From an uncultured Lachnospiraceae bacterium (GTDB lineage Bacteria; Bacillota; Clostridia; Oscillospirales; CAG-272), in assembly GCA_964461635.1 (NCBI GenBank), contig CAYWVC010000003.1:1-51018 (forward strand): DNA of 51,018 nt, in the 5' to 3' direction. The notes under the pieces are model-generated. The model made no database searches, was not told where the DNA came from, and saw only the letters and a list, made by a program, of their open reading frames with translations. Shown in pieces: positions 45,219 through 51,018 of the stretch; the first letter of the stretch is position 1, and every line of letters starts with the position of its first letter. The position numbers were made by a program, and so were the translations under genes.

Positions 45219-46211
45219 TTGCTCGTAATAGTTGATTGCGGCATGACCAATATGCGTTGCCGACTCATCTCCGACGGCAATATAATTGCCGAGGTAAAGA
45301 AAAAATCTCTCGTTTCATCAAAGGAGGCACCCCGCCTCCCTCTTATAGGTATACTTACCGAAGCGGTCGACGAGCTGCTCGCATCCAAGGGAATGACCGC
45401 GGCCGACGTACAGGCGATCGTATGCTCCGGAATACTCGCCTCCGACGTCGGGATCCACCGTGTTCCGCACGTGATGATGCCCGCCGGCGTACACGAGAGT
45501 GCTCTCGGATCGCAAGCCGTTCGCCTTCCCGAATACCCGCAAATCCCCTTCCTCTTCATCCCCGGCGTCAGAACCGCGCCGATAAGCGAGGGCTCCGCGA
45601 TCGAGCGGCTTGAGCACCTTGATTCTATGAGCGGCGAGGAATGTGAAACGTACGGAATTATGAAGCTCTGCGGCATAAAGGGCGATTTTACCCTTGCCCT
45701 GCCGGGGACGTACAATAAAGCGCTGTATATCGACAGTGACGGAAAAATATCCGTTATGCAGACGGGAATGTGCGGTGATTTTATGGCGGCGGTCGCAAAT
45801 AATACGATACTTCGTCATACTCTGCCCTCCCCGCTCATATCCGAGATAATCGAGGATAAGCTCTGCTTCGGCTTTGACTATGCCGAAAAGCACGGTACCT
45901 CGCCAAGCGTCATAATGGCGCGTAATGCCACAATGTGGGGCGACCTTACGCGGGAAGAGAGCGGCAACTTCTTCGTCGGAGCGGCATTGCACGACGATAT
46001 CGTCAACACCGCCGAGGTCTGCCGCCCGGGAATGCCGCTTTACGTAGGCGGAAGTGATCCCTTGCGGCACGTTTTCACCATTCTGCTCAAGCGCGTCGGC
46101 GTGACCGACGTGGTCGAGCTTCCCGACAGCGTGACCTCGGCTTGCACCGAGGTCGGAGCGTCTGAGGTATTTTACGAATATCTGAGGATACACGGCGAAA
46201 TAACGGTATGA
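45219..46211 (+). CDS. 2-dehydro-3-deoxygalactonokinase (DgoK) family ASKHA-fold kinase-like protein
   Basis: TTG start after AGGAGG. VIVDCGMTNMRCRL (compare DWGTTNxR) and DSMSGEECE (compare MRGEE) blocks. 330 aa. Confidence 0.6.
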   Translation: MLVIVDCGMTNMRCRLISDGNIIAEVKKKSLVSSKEAPRLPLIGILTEAVDELLASKGMTAADVQAIVCSGILASDVGIHRVPHVMMPAGVHESALGSQAVRLPEYPQIPFLFIPGVRTAPISEGSAIERLEHLDSMSGEECETYGIMKLCGIKGDFTLALPGTYNKALYIDSDGKISVMQTGMCGDFMAAVANNTILRHTLPSPLISEIIEDKLCFGFDYAEKHGTSPSVIMARNATMWGDLTREESGNFFVGAALHDDIVNTAEVCRPGMPLYVGGSDPLRHVFTILLKRVGVTDVVELPDSVTSACTEVGASEVFYEYLRIHGEITV

Positions 46212-47419
46212 GATTACGTTTCCGCCCCTCCTCTCTGAACGGAATAGCATCGCCTCCACCGTCAAAGAGCATCGCGATACGTCATATCCTGCTGTCATGC
46301 ATATCCCGCGGAGAAAGCATACTGAGCGGAATCGGAGACTCCGATGACATTCTTTCGACCCTTGACTGCGTAAAAGAACTCGGAGCCGAAATCACGGCAG
46401 TCTCGGGAAGCGTGCGCATCAACGGAAATTTGAGTTTTCCGAACACGGCGTGCAGCTCCGCTATCCCGGTCGGAGACAGCGCAACCTTGCTAAGGTTCAT
46501 AATCCCGATGTGTCTGAACGGGGAGCGAACGTACACCTTCAAGCTGTCCGATCAGCTTGCCGCAAGACCGCAGAACGTATATAAATCTCTTTTCGCCGAA
46601 AAGGGCTTTACCTTTGTACAGGGCGGAAGCCGCCTGACGGTCGGCGGACTTTTAGCACCCGGGCACTTTGAGGTTCCCTGCAACGTCAGCAGTCAATTTG
46701 CGGGCGGGCTGATGATCGCGCTATCAAGGCTTGCGGACGGTAGCGAAATAAAGCTGATCGGAGAATGCGGCAGTCTCGGATACGTCGATCTGACCGTAAG
46801 CGCGATAAGGGCGCACGGCGGATACGCCGAGCGCAACGGATCGGTCATCCGCGTCGGCGGTAAACCGCTTCACGGCACCAAGCTTACCGTTCCCGGGGAC
46901 AGCTCGGGCAGTGCTGTGTTGGAGGCGCTAAGGCTCGTCGGTCACGGTATCACCGTACTCGGGGCACCGTCAAACGGTCTGCAGCCCGATTCGATCTATC
47001 CCGAGCTTTTTGCAAGAGTGACGCACGGCAACACCGTGATCAACGTCAACGAATGCCCCGATCTTGCCCCGATCCTGCTCACGCTTATGGCAATGTTTGG
47101 GGGCGGAAGGTTGGTCGGCACCTCAAGACTCGCGTACAAGGAATCCGACCGCGGACGTATTATGGCGTATGAGCTGAGCAAATTCGGCGCGACGGTAAAG
47201 GTAGCAGATGATGCGATAACTGTCGCAAGATCAACCTTGCATCCGCCGACAGATACGTGCCTCAGTCACGGGGATCATCGGATCGCCATGGCACTTGCTC
47301 CGCTCCTGCTACGGTACGGCGGTGAACTTGACGGCAGCGAGGCGGTGTCAAAGAGCTTTCCCGGATTTTTTGAGTTCCTCCGCACGCTCGGAGGAGATAT
47401 AAACGAAGCAACGAATTGA
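46208..47419 (+). CDS. aroA: 3-phosphoshikimate 1-carboxyvinyltransferase (EPSP synthase), short form
   Basis: PPSKSIAIR, SSQFAGGLMIA, KESDRGR and GDHRIAMA blocks. 403 aa. ATGA overlap with the upstream gene. Confidence 0.88.
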   Translation: MRLRFRPSSLNGIASPPPSKSIAIRHILLSCISRGESILSGIGDSDDILSTLDCVKELGAEITAVSGSVRINGNLSFPNTACSSAIPVGDSATLLRFIIPMCLNGERTYTFKLSDQLAARPQNVYKSLFAEKGFTFVQGGSRLTVGGLLAPGHFEVPCNVSSQFAGGLMIALSRLADGSEIKLIGECGSLGYVDLTVSAIRAHGGYAERNGSVIRVGGKPLHGTKLTVPGDSSGSAVLEALRLVGHGITVLGAPSNGLQPDSIYPELFARVTHGNTVINVNECPDLAPILLTLMAMFGGGRLVGTSRLAYKESDRGRIMAYELSKFGATVKVADDAITVARSTLHPPTDTCLSHGDHRIAMALAPLLLRYGGELDGSEAVSKSFPGFFEFLRTLGGDINEATN

Positions 47420-47433
47420 AAGGAGGCAAGTAT

Positions 47434-48636
47434 ATGCCCAAATTTGAAGAGCTGTCGCCCGCACTGACCGAACGTATGACGCACGATCTTGCGAGCGGCA
47501 ACCTGCCGCAGCTTGCCTTTGACGAGAAACTCGTTATAAGGCGAAATGAGAGCAAGCACGACGAGGCTTCGGTCTGGAGGACCGCCTTCGTCAGAGATAT
47601 AGACAAAATAATGCACTGCCCGTATTACAGCCGCTACGCCGATAAGACTCAGGTCTTTTCGCTCTACAAAAACGACGACCTGACGCGGCGCAGTCTGCAC
47701 GTTCAGCTCGTGTCAAGGATCGCACGCACGATCGGCAAGGCACTGAACCTTAACGCCGACCTGATTGAGGCGATCTCGCTCGGTCACGACATCGGGCACA
47801 CCCCGTTCGGTCACGCCGGCGAGAAATTCCTTGACCAAATATACCGTGAGCACACCGGCAAGCGCTTCACCCACAATATTCAATCGGTCAGGGTGCTTGA
47901 CGGAATATTTCCGTATAATATAAGCCTTCAAACCCTCAACGGCATAGCCGCGCACAACGGCGAATTTGAGCGCGACACCTACGCGCCCGTTCCCGTCACC
48001 GACTTTTCCGAATTTGACCGGATAATCGCCGCCAGCACCGACGACCGAAAAAATATGCGTGAGCTCTTCCCCGCCACGCTTGAGGCTTGCGTCGTGTGCA
48101 TTGCCGACATCATCGCATACCTCGGCAAGGACAGGCAGGATGCCGAGCGCGCCGACCTCATATCCCCCGACCGCTTCTACTCGGGCGCGATAGGCTCGTA
48201 CAATTCCGAGATCATCAATAATATGATAGTGAATATCATCGAAAACAGCTACGGCAAGCCCTATATAAAAATGGACGAAGAGCACTTTGAGGCGTTGCGC
48301 AAGGCTAAAGCCGAGAACTACGCGCTGATATACGAGAGCGACTCGATCAAATCGCAGATGGAGACCACCGTCAAGCCTATGTTCACGGCAATATACGAAA
48401 AGCTCCTAAGCGACCTGCGCACCGACAACCGGAGCTCAACCGTATTCACCCACCACATCAACTTTATCAACAAGTTCCGCGTCGGTCGCGGACCGCTGTA
48501 CGGCGAGGAGGAGGACCCCGACCGAATCGTGGTCGACTACATCGCAAGTATGACCGACGATTATTGCGTCGATCTTTACGGCAAGCTCTTCCCGAATGCG
48601 TCGGTCCGCATAGATTACCGCGGATATTTCAAATAA
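47434..48636 (+). CDS. dGTP triphosphohydrolase-like HD-domain protein
   Basis: RTAFVRDIDKIMHCPYYSRYADKTQVF...LGHDIGHTPFGHAGE. ATG at 47434 sits after AAAGGAGG. Confidence 0.85.
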   Translation: MPKFEELSPALTERMTHDLASGNLPQLAFDEKLVIRRNESKHDEASVWRTAFVRDIDKIMHCPYYSRYADKTQVFSLYKNDDLTRRSLHVQLVSRIARTIGKALNLNADLIEAISLGHDIGHTPFGHAGEKFLDQIYREHTGKRFTHNIQSVRVLDGIFPYNISLQTLNGIAAHNGEFERDTYAPVPVTDFSEFDRIIAASTDDRKNMRELFPATLEACVVCIADIIAYLGKDRQDAERADLISPDRFYSGAIGSYNSEIINNMIVNIIENSYGKPYIKMDEEHFEALRKAKAENYALIYESDSIKSQMETTVKPMFTAIYEKLLSDLRTDNRSSTVFTHHINFINKFRVGRGPLYGEEEDPDRIVVDYIASMTDDYCVDLYGKLFPNASVRIDYRGYFK

Positions 48637-48642
48637 CAAAAA

Positions 48643-48684
48643 GCCTCCGGTTGCCTCTTTCAGAAGCGACCGGAAGCTTTTTAT
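48643..48684. terminator. terminator between the convergent dGTPase-like and isomerase genes
   Basis: GCCTCCGGTTGC...GCGACCGGAAGC imperfect 12-bp stem followed by TTTTTAT. Confidence 0.6.
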
Positions 48685-48687
48685 ATT

Positions 48688-49575
48688 TTACTTTGCAAGG
48701 GTAAGCAGGTACCTGCCCATCTCGTAGATATACCGAACGGTGGGCTCTACCATCTCGGGCGGCATACGCTTGCACACGGCAAGCTCAAAGTTAAAGCACC
48801 CGTCGTAGCCTATCTCGCTGAGCAAAGGCATTATCTTTCGCCAATCTACGTTGCCGAAGAACGGCAGGGTGTGAAGGTCGTCCTTGCCGACGTTGTCATC
48901 AACGTGAGTGGCTTTGAGGTAAGGCGCGATCTCCTTTATCTGCGGGATCTGATTCTTAAACACACGGTTGCCGTGACCGAAATCCCAACAGATACCGACG
49001 TACGGGTCGTTAAAAGCTTTCACTATATCGCAAAGCTCGGCACCGTAAACACCGGAGCGCCTGCCGCCGTCAACGTCCGCCATATTCTCGAAGGCAAGCC
49101 CAACACCGAGCGAGGACGCGAGCTCAAGAATGGGTCCGTATATCTTGAGGTTATAATCAAGCATTTGCTTGTGGCAAAGCTCATCGTCAAGCGTTTCGTA
49201 CTCCACGGGGTGAACGACCGCCCACTTTACCCCGAGAGCTCCGGAGATCCGCACCGCGCGCTCGGTCATATTCCGAAAGAACTCGTTCTGCTCACACCCG
49301 GGATCAAACGGAGTCTTACGCCTTCTTGCAACCGTGGGATATGGCAAGTGCGACTGTGCGATATCAAGTCCCAGCTCCTCCTTCACGGCAACTATACGCT
49401 CAAGCGTGTATTCCCAATCATCAAGGCAAAGCTCGGATTGATTGCGTTGCATCGGGCACATACAAAAATCTATCGCGTCGAAGCCGATCGCGTGCGTCTT
49501 TCTTAAGGACCGTACGAAGCCCTCCTTGTCCGGCGTGTTCTCGTAGAATAGGTTGGTCATAGTACTAAGCTTCAT
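48688..49575 (-). CDS. sugar phosphate isomerase/epimerase (xylose-isomerase-like TIM barrel)
   Basis: AP_endonuc_2-type pattern (FDAIDF..., AFENM, WDFGH...). ATG at 49575 sits 7 nt after GGAGGA. Confidence 0.8.
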   Translation of the reverse strand: MKLSTMTNLFYENTPDKEGFVRSLRKTHAIGFDAIDFCMCPMQRNQSELCLDDWEYTLERIVAVKEELGLDIAQSHLPYPTVARRRKTPFDPGCEQNEFFRNMTERAVRISGALGVKWAVVHPVEYETLDDELCHKQMLDYNLKIYGPILELASSLGVGLAFENMADVDGGRRSGVYGAELCDIVKAFNDPYVGICWDFGHGNRVFKNQIPQIKEIAPYLKATHVDDNVGKDDLHTLPFFGNVDWRKIMPLLSEIGYDGCFNFELAVCKRMPPEMVEPTVRYIYEMGRYLLTLAK

Positions 49576-49660
49576 ATCCGTTTCCTCCAAGTCAAAAAAT
49601 CGGACTTTTTTAAATCAAGGGTGATCCCATCCCCTCGGGCACTGTTTCCGGTAGGAAAAT

Positions 49661-50926
49661 TTATTTTTTGCTCTTCTCAATATCGTCGAGCGTCATAGCG
49701 CCGACGTGTTCGATCGCCTTCCACTCTACGTGGCGGAAGATCGCCACGATCGAGGTTGCGAAGATAACGACCATAATAAGCGGGAAAAGCAGAAATGACT
49801 TCAGCTTCTGCCCCGTCGTACAGCGGATCTCGCTCCACGCATTAATGCCGATCAGCACACCGATCAGAAGGGCTCCGAGGTACATACTAAGTACCGTCCA
49901 CACAAGCATAATACCGAACATCAGCGGGGTCAACGCCGAGGTCACCACGCCGACCGTCATAGTTACGAGGTTCAGCACCGTGCCGATGATACCGAGTATC
50001 ATAAACGGCAGATTATTCATCAGCATATCGTATGCCGAGAAGCGATTGCCCTTGATCTTAAACGAGCGGCAAAGCGGAATAAAATAGGCAAAATAGGCTT
50101 GCAGATAGCCCTTTGACCACCGCATACGCTGATTCCAGACCTGCTTGAAGGTGATCGGTTGCTCGTCGTACAGCTTCGCCTCGTGCGCGTAGCCGATCTT
50201 TATGCCGAGCGAGACGCACTCAAGTGAAAATTCGATATCCTCGGTCAGCATATAATGGTTCCAACCGTCCATACGCTCGATGATCTCGTGCCCCGTCACA
50301 AATCCCGTTCCCGCGACGGTACACGAATTACCGAGGATCATTCGCGCGTTATTGAGGTGCAACGTCTCGCGCAAAAGCATCAAGGCACTGCCGGAGGATT
50401 CCCAGCACTGCGGATAGTTCTTGGAATTGCGGTAGCTCGTGACCACGCGGTATCCCGCGGAAAAGACCTTATTTATCTCGGTAATAAAGCTCCGATCAAG
50501 CAGATTGTCGGCATCGACCACAAGGTAGCCATCGTAGTACGAATATCCCGAGCACTTCTTCTTGATGCGGTGGAGAAGATAATCAAGCGCGTAGCCCTTG
50601 CCCTTCTTCTCGGCATTAAAGCGCTCGTAAACCTCAGCTCCGTGCGCCGCCGCGACCTGCGCCGTGCGGTCGGTACAGTTATCGGCGACAACGTACACGT
50701 CGAAAAGCTCACGCGGATAATCCTGCGCGTTGATGCTGTCAAGCAGGTAGCCGATGACCTTCTCCTCGTTCCTCGCCGATATCAGCACGGCGAAGCGGTT
50801 GGGCTTCCCCTTCGGGAACGATTTGGGCTTGCAGAACAGGGACACCGCTATATATACCGCCTGATAAAAGCACAGGCAGGTCATTACAAAGGAAAATATA
50901 CCGGTAATTATCGTTAGAACTTGCAT
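49661..50926 (-). CDS. membrane-embedded processive family-2 glycosyltransferase (IcaA/PgaC/cellulose-synthase-like)
   Basis: N-terminal TM. DNCTD, VVDADN, TEDIEFS and QRMRWSKG (QxxRW) motifs. 3-4 C-terminal TM helices. Confidence 0.88.
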   Translation of the reverse strand: MQVLTIITGIFSFVMTCLCFYQAVYIAVSLFCKPKSFPKGKPNRFAVLISARNEEKVIGYLLDSINAQDYPRELFDVYVVADNCTDRTAQVAAAHGAEVYERFNAEKKGKGYALDYLLHRIKKKCSGYSYYDGYLVVDADNLLDRSFITEINKVFSAGYRVVTSYRNSKNYPQCWESSGSALMLLRETLHLNNARMILGNSCTVAGTGFVTGHEIIERMDGWNHYMLTEDIEFSLECVSLGIKIGYAHEAKLYDEQPITFKQVWNQRMRWSKGYLQAYFAYFIPLCRSFKIKGNRFSAYDMLMNNLPFMILGIIGTVLNLVTMTVGVVTSALTPLMFGIMLVWTVLSMYLGALLIGVLIGINAWSEIRCTTGQKLKSFLLFPLIMVVIFATSIVAIFRHVEWKAIEHVGAMTLDDIEKSKK

Positions 50927-50956
50927 GATCTCCTCCGGAAGCTAAAATTCACCGTT

Positions 50957-50985
50957 ATTATACTATAACGCGCCCCTTTTGTCAA
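50957..50985 (-). promoter_or_regulatory. consensus sigmaA promoter (TTGACA-17-TATAAT) of the GT2 gene
   Basis: Minus strand TTGACA at 50985-50980 and TATAAT at 50962-50957. GGAGGAG RBS downstream. Confidence 0.65.
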
Positions 50986-51018
50986 CCCGACGGAGTATTG
51001 CATTTCAAGCGTGGGTGT

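Noticed and set aside
45318-46298. 326-aa minus-strand ORF antisense to the dgoK-like gene
   Set aside because: It has no RBS or family resemblance. The plus-strand frame has an AGGAGG RBS, ASKHA-like motifs and ATGA coupling to aroA.
47434-48636. dGTPase-like gene as a possible anti-phage dNTP-depletion defence gene
   Set aside because: It is the last gene of a housekeeping operon with aroA. It has no defence-island neighbours, mobile-element scars or compositional anomaly, so a housekeeping Dgt-family role is more parsimonious.
1-51018. Scan for tRNA/rRNA genes, CRISPR arrays, IS elements, integrases, prophage or toxin-antitoxin modules
   Set aside because: None recognised. All intergenic regions longer than 100 nt are accounted for by promoters, terminators or short hairpins, and composition is uniform apart from AT-rich promoter regions.

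Overview
Core chromosomal region of a moderately high-GC, endospore-forming Firmicute. The Clostridia-like assignment is an inference from spoIVB, a SleC-type cortex hydrolase, a SpoVD-type PBP, AGGAGG-type ribosome-binding sites and many consensus sigmaA promoters. About 44 protein genes are packed tightly, with many 4-nt ATGA overlaps. I found no rRNA, tRNA, CRISPR array, transposase, integrase or obvious defence island. Gene blocks in order: (1) feoA-feoA-feoB plus a Cys-rich FeoB-associated peptide. (2) clpB behind a CIRCE operator. (3) A long minus-strand operon: small HTH protein, MBOAT, DHHW-like protein, aroC, chorismate mutase, aroE::aroK fusion, aroQ, ThrE-type exporter. (4) An HPr-like protein, then spoIVB. 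(5) A SleC-like cortex-lytic locus split into a pro-domain ORF and a catalytic ORF, plus an extra peptidoglycan-binding protein, followed by clpC. (6) A GH20 hexosaminidase and a nucleoside hydrolase. (7) A complete but compact dcw cluster: mraZ, rsmH, ftsL-like, pbp, murE, murF, mraY, ftsW, murG, ftsQ, ftsZ. (8) A secreted GLUG-repeat protein, a DUF1836-like protein and an M50 protease. (9) A LysR regulator divergent from a PLP decarboxylase, then an M29 aminopeptidase. (10) A dgoK-like, aroA, dGTPase-like operon. (11) A sugar-phosphate isomerase and a processive GT2 synthase. The two loci most worth a second look are these. First, the genetically split SleC-type enzyme at 16204-18608. Second, the MBOAT/DHHW pair at 11436-13990, in which both partners appear to have lost their signature catalytic histidines and which is translationally coupled to shikimate-pathway genes. 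All family calls are by-eye motif recognition and no searches were run.
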